The notes beneath the pieces are model-generated. The model was given only the letters and a program-made list of their open reading frames with translations. It did no database searches and was not told the origin of the DNA. This document shows positions 9,422 through 20,090 of a stretch of DNA of 64,000 bases, in pieces; the first letter of the stretch is position 1, and each line of letters begins with the position of its first letter. Source of the DNA: an uncultured Gammaproteobacteria bacterium (GTDB lineage Bacteria > Patescibacteriota > Microgenomatia > Levybacterales > UBA12049); contig CAZEJU010000001.1 in assembly GCA_964512695.1 (NCBI GenBank), positions 71,803 to 135,802 of the forward strand, in the 5' to 3' direction. Both the position numbers and the translations under genes were made by a program.

Positions 9422-9887
9422 CACCATAAATATTTGCAAAACAAGTGTCTGTGACCACTTTTTCACAATAATCACTTGTACTTGAGCATCGACTACTACT
9501 CCATGATACAATTACGCTAACCTTAGTCACAGTTTTACCGTTCCTATTACATGCAGAGGAACTACGGGTAAACTCAATTTCTCGGTTGAACATGGAATCT
9601 ACATTAAGCCCACATGAACCCACACGCGGGGTAAGCTGTGATGTACCACCAGCTAGACAGTAAAAGCCATTATATTGGTCAAAAGTAGCCCAATTCGTAT
9701 CACGTATCTGGCGTGTAACTTCTACTGCTTGCTGAGCAAGTGATTGTGCTTGGCTTCTACTTTTTGTTTTTTGAGCATTACTTAATGACGTAACTACTGC
9801 AACTGAAGTTATACTAATCAATACTATTACAATAGACAATGATATCAGGATCTCTACGAGAGATGATCCTTTTTGAAAAAATTTCAT
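9408..9887 (-). CDS. Minor pilin (PilV-like)
   Basis: MKFFQKGSSLVEIL prepilin motif; Cys pairs; VIVSW. Confidence 0.85.
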   Translation of the reverse strand: MKFFQKGSSLVEILISLSIVIVLISITSVAVVTSLSNAQKTKSRSQAQSLAQQAVEVTRQIRDTNWATFDQYNGFYCLAGGTSQLTPRVGSCGLNVDSMFNREIEFTRSSSACNRNGKTVTKVSVIVSWSSSRCSSTSDYCEKVVTDTCFANIYGDGGI

Positions 9888-9888
9888 A

Positions 9889-10368
9889 TTATTGGATTCT
9901 AATATTACCGTTAGCATCTATAACAATTGTTTTTGAGCCGGTTGAACTATTTAATTGTACTGACCCTGGATTTACAGCACCGCTCAGAATAGTAAATGTA
10001 TATGCTGGTTGTGTGGAACTAATCGATGTTATAGATGATGGTAGATTTTTCGTTTCAATCCACGTCCCGCTCGAACCACAGATAATGTATAAATCATATT
10101 TTCTATTAACAGAGTCAATCCTGACTTCATAAGCACTTAAAGGGTTCGTATTACATGAATTTACAGACGATGGTTTAACTTGTGTTTGGGCACGCGATTT
10201 AGCTTTCTGTAAAAGCAACACCACATCATACGCTGTATTTTGCAGCTGTTGGGTGTTATTAAATTGCGTATATCCTATGACACTTATCGTTCCAATTGCT
10301 ATCATTAATAGTGTTACAAGGAGTAACTCGACTATTGTAAACCCTCTGGATATTACACTATTTTTCAT
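9889..10368 (-). CDS. Minor pilin (FimT/GspH-like)
   Basis: RGFTIVELL; C-terminal IDANGNI. Confidence 0.85.
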   Translation of the reverse strand: MKNSVISRGFTIVELLLVTLLMIAIGTISVIGYTQFNNTQQLQNTAYDVVLLLQKAKSRAQTQVKPSSVNSCNTNPLSAYEVRIDSVNRKYDLYIICGSSGTWIETKNLPSSITSISSTQPAYTFTILSGAVNPGSVQLNSSTGSKTIVIDANGNIRIQ

Positions 10369-10417
10369 GTCTCTACTTATTATGTGATGTTATGTAGCTT
10401 ATATGCAAGTTTATGCT

Positions 10418-10879
10418 TTAAGGGCTAAGAAGTGTGTAAGACGCATTGGCTGCTGCACAGTTAGTATTTTCTTTCGTTGTATCTCTTTCAGGATCGTTAG
10501 CATTTTCTAAACATGCCCAGAGCGTATATGAACTACCAGTAGTGGAAGTATAAAAATAATTTCTCCCCCAGGCTGGATTTGCAAGCGGATCACAGGGAAC
10601 TTTGTTCATATATATACTCGCGCCACTCTGCAAAGTACTATCACACGTAGGGAAACTACTTGAGCCGGTAATAGGATATGCTCCTTGATCAGTACGATAG
10701 AGTTCTAAAGCAGTTTGTATTTGACGGAGATCACGTTTTCTCCGAGCGTCGTTTGATTTTCCCAAAATTGCTGCGGGATTAATAAGAAGGATGATGCCGC
10801 TTATAATAACTGAAAGCAGTGCTAGTACGACCAATAATTCGACAAGCGTAAACCCTTTTTTATAAAATATTTTTTTCAT
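10418..10879 (-). CDS. Pilin (GspG-like)
   Basis: KGFTLVELL; DARRKRDLRQIQTALELY; PCDP; YTLWACLE. Confidence 0.88.
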   Translation of the reverse strand: MKKIFYKKGFTLVELLVVLALLSVIISGIILLINPAAILGKSNDARRKRDLRQIQTALELYRTDQGAYPITGSSSFPTCDSTLQSGASIYMNKVPCDPLANPAWGRNYFYTSTTGSSYTLWACLENANDPERDTTKENTNCAAANASYTLLSP

Positions 10880-10883
10880 AGTG

Positions 10884-11657
10884 TTACACGGTAATATAAG
10901 GCATGATAAATCCTATTACATATTCACCCATATAAAAAGCTATAAATGTTCCCGTCACGAGAAACGGTCCAAAAGGAATAGTATCGTGACGAAGCTTTTT
11001 ACTTCCTATAAGAATTAAGAAAACTGATACAAGCGCACCGATTACAAACGAAAGATAAAGAGCAATTATTATATATGGAAAACCAAGAAATAAACCCATG
11101 AATAAAACCAGCATTACATCTCCAAATCCCATTCCTCGACCTCTCGTAATAACAAAAAGAAATAAAAAGAATAAAAATGATCCGAGGGATGAAAGAATAT
11201 GTATTTTAAAAAGTTCCGGATCCCAATTAATAAGAAAATAGAGGATTATTACAGTACACCCAGCTACTATAGTAGGAAAGGGAATTAAACCATATTTATA
11301 ATCCGCAAAAAAAATTGTAATGAGAATACTTGTAATTACTACTATATATAATAGGTATAAAAGATTGAAAGGGTAAAGAAACACATAGGCAATAAGAAAT
11401 AATAAACCTGTACATATTTCGACAAAAGGATAGTAAAACGAAATGGTTTTTCTACAATATCTGCATTTGCCCCGTAAGAAAAGGTAGGAAAAAATTGGAA
11501 TGAGATCATACCAGGTTAGTCTATGACGGCAATGTTCACAATGTGATGGGGGATACAATATGGATTGACCTTTCGGTAATCTATCAGTAACAACATTCAG
11601 AAAACTTCCTACAATAGCACCAAAAATTAAAAAAAAGGTAGGCAGGAAAATATCCAT
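10884..11657 (-). CDS. pilD: Prepilin peptidase/N-methyltransferase (A24)
   Basis: GSFLNV, two CxxC motifs, GMGFGD, IPFGPFL. Confidence 0.95.
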   Translation of the reverse strand: MDIFLPTFFLIFGAIVGSFLNVVTDRLPKGQSILYPPSHCEHCRHRLTWYDLIPIFSYLFLRGKCRYCRKTISFYYPFVEICTGLLFLIAYVFLYPFNLLYLLYIVVITSILITIFFADYKYGLIPFPTIVAGCTVIILYFLINWDPELFKIHILSSLGSFLFFLFLFVITRGRGMGFGDVMLVLFMGLFLGFPYIIIALYLSFVIGALVSVFLILIGSKKLRHDTIPFGPFLVTGTFIAFYMGEYVIGFIMPYITV

Positions 11658-11697
11658 ATCTTTATGATACTTTATCTCGTAGATATTGCAATAGAGT

Positions 11698-12237
11698 TTA
11701 GTATAGGCCGGTTACGCCTATAGAAGGTGGATTCGCTGAACAAAGTAAACCCGATTTTCCTTCCGCGGATGACCAGACATACCATGTAATAGTCGCACAC
11801 GCAGCACCAGCATTTGCTTTATTTATCTCTGTCTTAGATTCCATTTTCGTGTAAACAACCGCATCTGTGGTATCTGTTCTATAACAAAAATTGTTTTCAA
11901 GATTACCAGGATTTGTTACTATACCAGTACAGTCAGCGGTCGCAAAAGTAATACCACTAGGATTACTAGGAAATAACCTTAACTCTGAATTCGTTAAAGA
12001 TGTTCTCCACGTATTTGCAGCAGGCCATGCGGCGCCATTTTGGGTATAATAGCCTTGTAACGATCTACCTAATTGTGTAATAGATGATTTCCTGCCTGTA
12101 TCATCAGCACGTGCTAACTGTTCTACCGGATCTACAAGTACCAGTAATACTGCAGCTAAAACACTCAGTACACCTAGAACCACTAACAACTCTATAAGCG
12201 TAAAACCCTGTGAAATATATTTTCTAAACTTCTGCAT
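11698..12237 (-). CDS. Type IV pilin (candidate major pilin)
   Basis: QGFTLIELL; DPVEQLARADD; C-terminal Cys pairs. Confidence 0.88.
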   Translation of the reverse strand: MQKFRKYISQGFTLIELLVVLGVLSVLAAVLLVLVDPVEQLARADDTGRKSSITQLGRSLQGYYTQNGAAWPAANTWRTSLTNSELRLFPSNPSGITFATADCTGIVTNPGNLENNFCYRTDTTDAVVYTKMESKTEINKANAGAACATITWYVWSSAEGKSGLLCSANPPSIGVTGLY

Positions 12238-12350
12238 AAAATATTAGGCTATATATAGTAGATTATAAATTTAGATAATTGTCAATAGCAGAGTCTTTTT
12301 TGCTTACTTTTTAAGTTCATAAAATCGAAAAAATATTTTTTTAAAAACTG

Positions 12351-13553
12351 CTAGAGAGAAGAAATCAATTTATAAATTGGTGTGATCACTGAAATTATGA
12401 GAAAGCCCACACCAATAGCAAGGGCAACCATAATTAAAGGTTCCATTGCTGTCGTTAATGATTTTACAGTTTGCTCAACTTCTTGTTCGAAATAATCTGC
12501 TACACGTGTCAGTGATTCATCTAATTTTCCTGTTTGCTCGCCAGTACGTATCATTTCGATTAATATAGGGGGAAAAATAGAGTGAGCATTCATAGCATCA
12601 CCTATAGAAATACCTTGTTCTACACTGTCTGCTACTTGTAGGACGGCTTTTTTATAAATGCTATTCCCTAATACATCAGCAGTTTTCTGCAAGGAATCAA
12701 TAATAACAGCACCAGTACCAGCTAATAATCCAAACGTTCGTGAGAATTCTACTAATATAGACTGCCTAATAAGCTTTTCGATAACAGGAATATGCAAAAT
12801 AAATGAATCAATCATACTCTTACCTTTCTCCGTTTTTCTCCATTTATTAAGGTAAACCGCACTCAAGAATAAAGCTAATAAGATAACAAAGAGATAATTA
12901 ATGATAAATTCAGAGATGGAAACAAGAATTTGAGTAGGTAAAGGCAAAGCAATATTTAATGAAGTATACAAGGTACTTAGTTGAGGAATAACAAAAAATA
13001 CCATAATTAAAACAACAATAATCATGAGAATCACAATAATAAGCGGATACAGGAACGCTGATTGAATTTGCGCTTGAAGTTGTCTTCTTTTTTCTAATGT
13101 ATCAGCAAGTCGTAACATTATCTTATCTAATAAGCCTGTGGTTTCTCCCGCCCTAATTATTGAGAGATAAATTGGTGAAAAAACACCAGGGTACTGAGCT
13201 AATGCTTCAGAAAAGGTTTTACCTTCTTCTATCGCATTAATAATACTATCTATCATTACTACCATATGATCCTTCTGAATCTGGTTTTTTAAAATAGTGA
13301 GGCCTTGTAATAACGTTAATCCTGCACTTAACATTGTGGCGATTTGTCTGGTAAAAAATATAGTGTCTTTTGCGTTTGCTTTCTTTCTAAAGGGAATAGA
13401 GAAAACTAAACCATTTGGTTGTTGCTCTTCTATACGTATTGGTAAAAGTGCATGCTCACGAAGGTAAAATGCTGCTTTTGTATGATCAGCAGCTTCCACA
13501 AAACCACGAACACGTTTGCCATTTTTCGCAACAGCTATGTAATAAAGTTTCAT
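12351..13553 (-). CDS. pilC: Type IV pilus platform protein
   Basis: FTRQIATMLSAG, GETTGLLD, YP, GEQTGKLD, MEP; two T2SSF domains. Confidence 0.93.
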   Translation of the reverse strand: MKLYYIAVAKNGKRVRGFVEAADHTKAAFYLREHALLPIRIEEQQPNGLVFSIPFRKKANAKDTIFFTRQIATMLSAGLTLLQGLTILKNQIQKDHMVVMIDSIINAIEEGKTFSEALAQYPGVFSPIYLSIIRAGETTGLLDKIMLRLADTLEKRRQLQAQIQSAFLYPLIIVILMIIVVLIMVFFVIPQLSTLYTSLNIALPLPTQILVSISEFIINYLFVILLALFLSAVYLNKWRKTEKGKSMIDSFILHIPVIEKLIRQSILVEFSRTFGLLAGTGAVIIDSLQKTADVLGNSIYKKAVLQVADSVEQGISIGDAMNAHSIFPPILIEMIRTGEQTGKLDESLTRVADYFEQEVEQTVKSLTTAMEPLIMVALAIGVGFLIISVITPIYKLISSL

Positions 13554-13559
13554 AGTGGA

Positions 13560-13627
13560 ATCGAAAATTAAGAAATGAGACGTGAGAATGCAAAGAAGTA
13601 TATGTAATTCTCAATTCTCAATTCTTT
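13560..13627. repeat. Degenerate heptamer inverted-repeat element (TTAAGAA/GTGAGAA ... TTCTCAA)
   Basis: Between pilT and pilC. Confidence 0.65.
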
Positions 13628-13628
13628 A

Positions 13629-14711
13629 TTAACCCTTGGCCATTCTTAATAATTCTTGTTCATGAAGAGCGTATGCACGTGCTTCGTCGAGAGTCACGAC
13701 TCCACCAAGAACAAGTTGTGCCAGAGAAGCTTCTAGGGTCATCATGCCTATATCCTTTGACGTCTGGATGACAGAATCGATAAGGTGTGTTTTTCCATCC
13801 CTGATATTACTTGCTATAGCAGGATTGCCTATAAGTATCTCAGTCGCCGCAACTCTTCCACCACCAATTCTTGGAACAAGCCTCTGCGATACGATACCAC
13901 GAAGAATTGCAGCAAGCTGAACTTTTATTTGTGCGCGCTGGTGGTCAGGAAACGCATCTATGATACGGTCGACACTTTGGGATGCGGAATTCGTGTGTAA
14001 CGTAGCAAATACCAAATGTCCTGTTTCAGCAAGAGTAATTGCCGCTTGAATAGTCTCGGGATCGCGCATTTCTCCTACGAGAACCACATCAGGATCTTCA
14101 CGTAATGCAGCACGAAGTGCCATAGGCCATGAATGTGTATCTTGGCCAAGCTCTCGTTGGGACACAATACTCATTCCAGCTGGATATATATACTCTATTG
14201 GATCTTCAATCGTTAAAATATGTACGGGCTTTGTCATATTTATTTCATTCAGCATTGCAGCTAGTGTAGTTGATTTACCATGACCGGTCGGACCAGTTAC
14301 TAGAACAAACCCTTGCTTTAAACTAGCAAGTTCATGGCAAACTTTCGGCAAACCTAACTCGTCTATTGAACGGATTTTGGGAGGAAGATAACGGAGTGCA
14401 GCTGCTAAATATCCCCTTTGATAATATGCATTAATACGGAAACGTCCCTCATCTCCATAAACACCACCACCATAACCGTATGAAAAATCTAACTCCTTAT
14501 TTGTAATTAATAGTTCTTTTTGTTCTGCGGTTAAAAGGGAAGCAACCATTTGCTCAATGTCATGGGGTTGTAAAACTGGATAATTTTTTACACCTTTCAA
14601 CACACCATCTATACGCAGGGTAGGTGGTATTCCTGCCAATAAATGCAAATCTGACCCTTTACTTTTAACAGTAAGTTCTAATAATTTTAATATTTCGCTC
14701 GTTACAGGCAT
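13629..14711 (-). CDS. pilT: Pilus retraction ATPase
   Basis: SDLHL, GPTGHGKSTT, TIEDPIE, ALREDPD, GEMRD, TLHT, AIASNIR; the ORF-track N-terminal extension is translated repeat. Confidence 0.95.
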   Translation of the reverse strand: MPVTSEILKLLELTVKSKGSDLHLLAGIPPTLRIDGVLKGVKNYPVLQPHDIEQMVASLLTAEQKELLITNKELDFSYGYGGGVYGDEGRFRINAYYQRGYLAAALRYLPPKIRSIDELGLPKVCHELASLKQGFVLVTGPTGHGKSTTLAAMLNEINMTKPVHILTIEDPIEYIYPAGMSIVSQRELGQDTHSWPMALRAALREDPDVVLVGEMRDPETIQAAITLAETGHLVFATLHTNSASQSVDRIIDAFPDHQRAQIKVQLAAILRGIVSQRLVPRIGGGRVAATEILIGNPAIASNIRDGKTHLIDSVIQTSKDIGMMTLEASLAQLVLGGVVTLDEARAYALHEQELLRMAKG

Positions 14712-14714
14712 ATT

Positions 14715-14798
14715 TGAATTGAGAGTTGAGAGTGGAAAGTTGAGAGTTATTAAGAAACTTATTAAATATTTCTCAATTCTCAACTTTCAATTATCAAT
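14715..14798. repeat. Heptamer inverted-repeat element, (TTGAGAG)n ... (TTCTCAA/CTTTCAA)n
   Basis: Fills the pilB-pilT spacer. Confidence 0.85.
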
Positions 14799-16583
14799 TT
14801 ACTCTTGTGCGACTCTCAGTACTTCTTCTATTGTCGTTAAACCCTGCAGAACTTTCAAGTACCCGTCTTGCTTTAAAGTAATCATTCCTTCTACAGCTGC
14901 TTCTTTTTCTATTTGAGCTGTATCAGCACGCTCTAAAATCAAACGGGCAATTTTATCGGTTACTGACAAAACTTCAAAAATTCCGACTCTTCCTGAATAT
15001 CCGGTTGAACCACATTCTTGACAACCTTCTCCTTTATATAATCTCATATCATCAGATATTTTTGAAGAGAGTGTACCAAGTACTTCTTTTATTTCAGTTA
15101 TAATTTGCTTTGGTGGAACATAATTAGTTTTACAACTATCACATATTCTTCGAACGATCCTTTGGCCTACAATAGCATTGAGAGTCGAAGAAAGAAGAAA
15201 TCCCTCAGCACTTAGATCTAGTAAACGTGGTAAAGCTCCTGCCGCGTTTGAAGTATGAAGTGTTGAAAAGACGAGATGACCTGTTAACGCAGCTTGAATT
15301 GCCAGATCAGTTGTTTCTCGATCACGGATTTCTCCTACTAAGATAATATTTGGATCTTGTCGTAGAAATGAACGCAATCCCGATGCAAATGTTAACCCTA
15401 CAGCAGGATTTATCTGTACTTGGTTAACACCAGCTAGCTGATACTCTACTGGATCTTCGAGTGACATAATATTAACTTTAGGCGTATTCAATTTCGAAAG
15501 AATAGAGTAGAGCGTAGTAGTTTTACCACTACCTGTAGGACCACACACAATAATAATGCCGTGAGGTCGAAGTATAGCCAACTCCAGACTTTTCAAAGAT
15601 ATTCCTGTCAAACCTAATTCAGCTAAAGAAGGTACTCCTCCAGATTTACGTAAAAGTCTCATGACGACTTTTTCACCTGTAACAGTAGGAACTGTCGATA
15701 TACGAAGGTCAACTTCTTCACCACCAACTTTAAAGTTAAATCGTCCATCCTGAGGGGTTCTTCGCTCATCAATCTTCATTTCAGAGAGAATTTTAATACG
15801 GGAAATTAAAGCTTCTTGTACATTGCGGGGAAGACTAAGCTTGTCATATAAGATGCCATCAATTCTATACCGTACTCGGAGACGATCGTCTTGGGGTTCT
15901 ATATGGACATCTGATGCTCTACTCGAAACTGCATATTCTAAAATAGTTGAAAGAATTTTAGCTATAGGTGCTTCTTTAATAATTTGTGTCAGCTGTTTAC
16001 TATCAACGACACGCTTCTTTGTGTACGCTTCGGTTTCCTGAATTGCTTTACCCACTTCGCCCACGAGTTCTTGTCTGTATTGTTGCTGGATTGCTTCTTC
16101 AATTTCCTTGGGATTTGCTGCAAATGATTTAATTATCAGCTGTGTTTTCTGTCCTATAAACGCAATAGCATCTAGATCTACCGGATTTGCCATAGCTATA
16201 GAAAGCGTTTTGGTTTTATCATCATAGGAAAAAGGAATTACTTTAAATCTTTCAACTACGGCTTGAGATAAAAAATTTAATGCTTGAGGTGAAAACGATA
16301 TCGTGGAAAGAGAAATATAAGGAATTCCTAGTAGCTTTGCCCGCGCCTGAGCAATTTGCTCATCATCAACAAGGTGCATTGCGAGAAGAATTGCTTCTCG
16401 AGATTTACCCGTTGAAGCACTTTTTACTTTTATATCCTCATACTGCTCCTTTGTGATAATATGATCAATAAAAAGAACATCTACTATCGATTTCGCTTCT
16501 TCTATTTGAGATAAAGTAAACGAAGGATCAGATGTTTTTGTATCAGATACGTGTGGAACAAGTACATCAGTATCACTGGGCAT
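14799..16583 (-). CDS. pilB: Pilus assembly ATPase (GspE/PilB)
   Basis: ASDVHIEP, PQDGR, GPTGSGKTTT, EDPVE, LRQDP, tetra-Cys Zn site. Confidence 0.95.
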   Translation of the reverse strand: MPSDTDVLVPHVSDTKTSDPSFTLSQIEEAKSIVDVLFIDHIITKEQYEDIKVKSASTGKSREAILLAMHLVDDEQIAQARAKLLGIPYISLSTISFSPQALNFLSQAVVERFKVIPFSYDDKTKTLSIAMANPVDLDAIAFIGQKTQLIIKSFAANPKEIEEAIQQQYRQELVGEVGKAIQETEAYTKKRVVDSKQLTQIIKEAPIAKILSTILEYAVSSRASDVHIEPQDDRLRVRYRIDGILYDKLSLPRNVQEALISRIKILSEMKIDERRTPQDGRFNFKVGGEEVDLRISTVPTVTGEKVVMRLLRKSGGVPSLAELGLTGISLKSLELAILRPHGIIIVCGPTGSGKTTTLYSILSKLNTPKVNIMSLEDPVEYQLAGVNQVQINPAVGLTFASGLRSFLRQDPNIILVGEIRDRETTDLAIQAALTGHLVFSTLHTSNAAGALPRLLDLSAEGFLLSSTLNAIVGQRIVRRICDSCKTNYVPPKQIITEIKEVLGTLSSKISDDMRLYKGEGCQECGSTGYSGRVGIFEVLSVTDKIARLILERADTAQIEKEAAVEGMITLKQDGYLKVLQGLTTIEEVLRVAQE

Positions 16584-16590
16584 TATGTTA

Positions 16591-16619
16591 ATAGTATGAA
16601 AGGTACGTTATAATGTCAA
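16591..16619 (-). promoter_or_regulatory. Sigma70 promoter of pilB, leaderless geometry
   Basis: TTGACA-17nt-TACTAT, 7 nt before ATG. Confidence 0.7.
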
Positions 16620-16730
16620 GGAAACCAATGGTAAAGTATCCTGGGTATCAATAAAAGAAGCAAAGTGTTTCGTACTCAAAAAACTTTTAACATATATGGA
16701 ACATTTGATACTTTGCCTGCTTTTTATTCT

Positions 16731-17438
16731 ATGAATAGTTTTATTATTTCATCTAACGATAAGACAATCCGGGAAGCATATGTTATGAATTTCTGCCAAG
16801 AAAATCACATATCAGATGTAGATATCTTTGTTCTCAATAAGTTACTGGAAGAAAAGAAGGCGAAAAAAACATCATTTAGTATAGGTATCCAAGATATCAA
16901 ACAGTTTCAACAACGTTTATTTCTAAAACCAGTAAAGAGTAAAGAAAAAGTATGTATTATTCATGATGCTCACTTACTGACAACTGAGGCCCAAAATGCT
17001 TTATTAAAAGTATTAGAAGAACCACCTCTTTCCACGTATATAATGCTTACTACAGAATCTTCTCATAAATTACTTCCTACTATTCTTTCACGTTGTGTCA
17101 TAAAAAACTATGCTACGAAACAAGCAATACCCCAAGAAGAGCAAACAGCATTACAAACAGTCCTTAACAATATCCCTAATGCCTCAATTATAGAAATTTT
17201 AGAACTCGCTAACGAACTAAGCACAGATAAGGAAAAAGTAAGTGCATGGATAGAAAAAGCTATGTGTATAGTACACAAAGACATACTAGACAGTGAAAAC
17301 GTGCAATCAGTCATAACTGCTAAGCAACTCCTCCATGCATATACATCGATAAAAACTACGAATGTGAACGTTAGGATGACGCTAGAATGCTGTTTTCTAT
17401 CAATCTCAGGATATCTAAATGAAGAAAAAGCCAATTAA
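16731..17438 (+). CDS. holB: DNA polymerase III delta-prime-like clamp loader subunit (short form)
   Basis: AHLLTTEAQNALLKVLEEPP, LLPTILSRC. Confidence 0.8.
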   Translation: MNSFIISSNDKTIREAYVMNFCQENHISDVDIFVLNKLLEEKKAKKTSFSIGIQDIKQFQQRLFLKPVKSKEKVCIIHDAHLLTTEAQNALLKVLEEPPLSTYIMLTTESSHKLLPTILSRCVIKNYATKQAIPQEEQTALQTVLNNIPNASIIEILELANELSTDKEKVSAWIEKAMCIVHKDILDSENVQSVITAKQLLHAYTSIKTTNVNVRMTLECCFLSISGYLNEEKAN

Positions 17439-18761
17439 ACTTGAAGCAACAATAATAAGCATACTTATACCCAACTTCATAGCAAAATCCCGTCTCCCTT
17501 GAAGCAAACTATAGGAAACTTTACCGAACAGATTTACAGCATTAGCGATAATAAATGCCAATACGGCTAACGATATATCCAGCTGTTTACCTGCCAGTTG
17601 GGCGGTATTTATCATAACCGCGTCAAGACCCGCAAGCGCACCAATTGCTGTAGTTATTAAGAAAGCCCCACTACCGTAAAATTCTAATACAACTTTTGAA
17701 ATAATACTAATACCAATGTAAATTCCAGCGAAACGAAGTGCTGGGCCTAACTCGAAAATTTGATGATCTTTTCCTGTAGAGAAAGTCTCTGTTGCTTTAG
17801 TATCAATACTTTTTTCTTTAGCATTCAAAAAATAAAGAACCAAAAGCAGAGCTGCAATAATAATTAATAGAAATGTGGGAATAAGATTAATTACAAACTC
17901 TACATTCACCAGTGAGAGTAAGATAGCAATTTGAAAAAAACTGACAAGGTTAGAAACCAATGCCGCAGCAAGCAAATGGTTAATTCTGCCCGACTCTTTA
18001 CTTTGTTGGGCAAGAGATTGTGTTGTCGCAGTAGAAGAGACGAAGCCTCCCGCAATACTTGCTAATATCCATCCTTTTCGTTTTCCTACTGTCCTTTCGA
18101 GAACATACCCAATCAGATCAATACCAGTAATAAGGGCTACAATAAACCATAATCTAAATGGATTAAACAATTCCATATCCGCAATTTTTTCAACCGGGCC
18201 AAGATTCTCAAATAGCTGTTTTAAAATGCCGACATCTGATAATGAAAAAGCTTTATTCGGAAGAAAAGGAAGTATTACAAAAGCGACAATAGCATACGCT
18301 ATAAAAGCGTTTAGTTCACTTCGTTTAATATCCTGAACTGTATCTTTTATTTTCCGCTTTCGTGAGAGAATAAGAATAAGCACTACCGAAATTGCTAATG
18401 TCAACTGAACCGGAAAGGTGTCAAATCCTAAAAGTATTCCAATGAGAAAGCTATAAATCATTGCAAGTTCTGTTGTAATACCAGTATCTTTAGTAAGATA
18501 AGTATCCACGGCATAAAATACAATAAATAAAAGCATAGTAGCCCCACCAACTAATAAGGCTATATCAGCGTGTGTCCGATGGAGGAGAGCAATTATCGTT
18601 CCTAAAGAAGTTATGATAGAAAAGCTGCGTAATCCGAGTATTGCCTGCGGTTTTTCTCCTGAATGCATTGTTTTCTTTTCATTCAGTTCCCGCTCTAATC
18701 CTATAACTGCACCCAGAACAAATGATAAAATCAGACGAACTGGAATATCAAAAATGTTCAT
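17415..18761 (-). CDS. MgtC/SapB + DUF4010 membrane protein
   Basis: GAVIGLERE, GLRSF, GITTE, ILPFLP, GGFVSSTATT. Confidence 0.85.
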   Translation of the reverse strand: MNIFDIPVRLILSFVLGAVIGLERELNEKKTMHSGEKPQAILGLRSFSIITSLGTIIALLHRTHADIALLVGGATMLLFIVFYAVDTYLTKDTGITTELAMIYSFLIGILLGFDTFPVQLTLAISVVLILILSRKRKIKDTVQDIKRSELNAFIAYAIVAFVILPFLPNKAFSLSDVGILKQLFENLGPVEKIADMELFNPFRLWFIVALITGIDLIGYVLERTVGKRKGWILASIAGGFVSSTATTQSLAQQSKESGRINHLLAAALVSNLVSFFQIAILLSLVNVEFVINLIPTFLLIIIAALLLVLYFLNAKEKSIDTKATETFSTGKDHQIFELGPALRFAGIYIGISIISKVVLEFYGSGAFLITTAIGALAGLDAVMINTAQLAGKQLDISLAVLAFIIANAVNLFGKVSYSLLQGRRDFAMKLGISMLIIVASSLIGFFFI

Positions 18762-18844
18762 GAGATATATTTTATTAAAAATAGACAAAAAATGAAAGTA
18801 ATTTTCCGATTAGAACGAAGAGTATTTACATATACCAAATACCT

Positions 18845-19195
18845 TTATGCGCTACCACTCCAATTCGCCATCTGGTCAATAATTGAACGAAGAGATTTCC
18901 CTTTTTCAGTCACAGAGTACTCTACATGAAGAGGTACTTCCGCGAATACATGTCTTTTTATAATTCCTTCTTTTTCCATTTCCTGGAGACGCACTGATAA
19001 CGTTTTTGTACTTATGCCTTTCATAGAGCGTTGTAAAATCCCAAAACGGTTTTTCCCTTCAATAATATTATGAAGTATAAGAAGTGTCCATTTACTGCCA
19101 ATAACTTTTATGGTTTTCTCAACTAAACAAGGAGATCCACAATGTTCATCTTTTTCCCTTCGTGTAACTTCTTTTATGTTTTGTGTGCTTTTCAT
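18845..19195 (-). CDS. HxlR-family winged-helix regulator with N-terminal Cys
   Basis: CLVEKTIKVIGSKWTLLIL, RFG, LSVRLQEME, VEYSVTEKG. Confidence 0.92.
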   Translation of the reverse strand: MKSTQNIKEVTRREKDEHCGSPCLVEKTIKVIGSKWTLLILHNIIEGKNRFGILQRSMKGISTKTLSVRLQEMEKEGIIKRHVFAEVPLHVEYSVTEKGKSLRSIIDQMANWSGSA

Positions 19196-19211
19196 ACTTT
19201 CCTTAATGTAA

Positions 19212-19232
19212 CTACTTTACATTGTAAAGTAG
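19212..19232. promoter_or_regulatory. Perfect inverted repeat, probable HxlR operator
   Basis: CTACTTTACA-T-TGTAAAGTAG between the divergent regulator and reductase genes. Confidence 0.65.
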
Positions 19233-19319
19233 CAAAGATACAATGTCAATATTACATACATAATTATTGAATGAATAGTCATATTTCGTAAGTAAACTAG
19301 TATCTATACTCTACCAGTT

Positions 19320-19907
19320 ATGAAAATACATATCATTCTCGGAAGTACAAGAGAAAAGAGAAATGGAGAAATTGTAGCGAAATGGGTTTTTAATCGACTA
19401 CAAGAACATACCGAAGTGCAAAGTGAACTTCTTGATTTACGCAACTACCCGTTGCCATTTTATGACGAACCAAAAACGCCAAAATCACTCGGTGAAAATG
19501 ATTATAAAAACCATATAGCAAGAGATTGGGTTAAGAAAATAGGGGAGGCAGATGGATATATTATCATCACACCAGAATATAATCATGGTTATCCAGCAGT
19601 TCTGAAAAACGCCTTAGATTATCCGTATAAACAATGGAATAATAAACCTGTCGCATTTATTAGCTATGGATTTTCCGCAAATGGTATTCGTTCTGTAGAA
19701 CAGCTTCGATTGGTAACGATCGAACTTCAAATGACACCCATCCAAGAAAGTATCATGCTTCCTGTTTCAGAATTTAAATCACTTTTTAGTGAAACAGGAG
19801 AGATGTTAGATGAGAAAAAAAATGAAAAACTTAAAACCCTGTTTACTCAACTTTTCTGGTGGACAAAAGCATTACTAGCTGCAAGACAAACTGAAGTAAA
19901 TACGTAA
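19320..19907 (+). CDS. NADPH-dependent FMN reductase
   Basis: GSTR, TPEYNHGYPAVLKNALD, KPVAFISYG. Confidence 0.92.
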   Translation: MKIHIILGSTREKRNGEIVAKWVFNRLQEHTEVQSELLDLRNYPLPFYDEPKTPKSLGENDYKNHIARDWVKKIGEADGYIIITPEYNHGYPAVLKNALDYPYKQWNNKPVAFISYGFSANGIRSVEQLRLVTIELQMTPIQESIMLPVSEFKSLFSETGEMLDEKKNEKLKTLFTQLFWWTKALLAARQTEVNT

Positions 19908-20090
19908 TGTAATGAATTACTACTTACAAATAGTAATCATCCCACCAGGCTACTATCACAAATTTTTTCCCGAACACTCCTTTTACGAGAAAATAGGCTT
20001 CTAGCTATTACTTTTTTATTACATAGCATCTTACAAAAGTGTGAGATAGTAAAACGAATTATAATCATCTCCAGAAAGGGGGTGATATAT

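Noticed and set aside
14712-14783. N-terminal extension of PilT (similar cases at yebC, holB and ORF 2534-2788)
   Set aside because: Translated repeat or promoter DNA; better starts lie downstream
5435-16583. Absence of PilQ/PilP as a novelty
   Set aside because: Expected for an organism without an outer membrane
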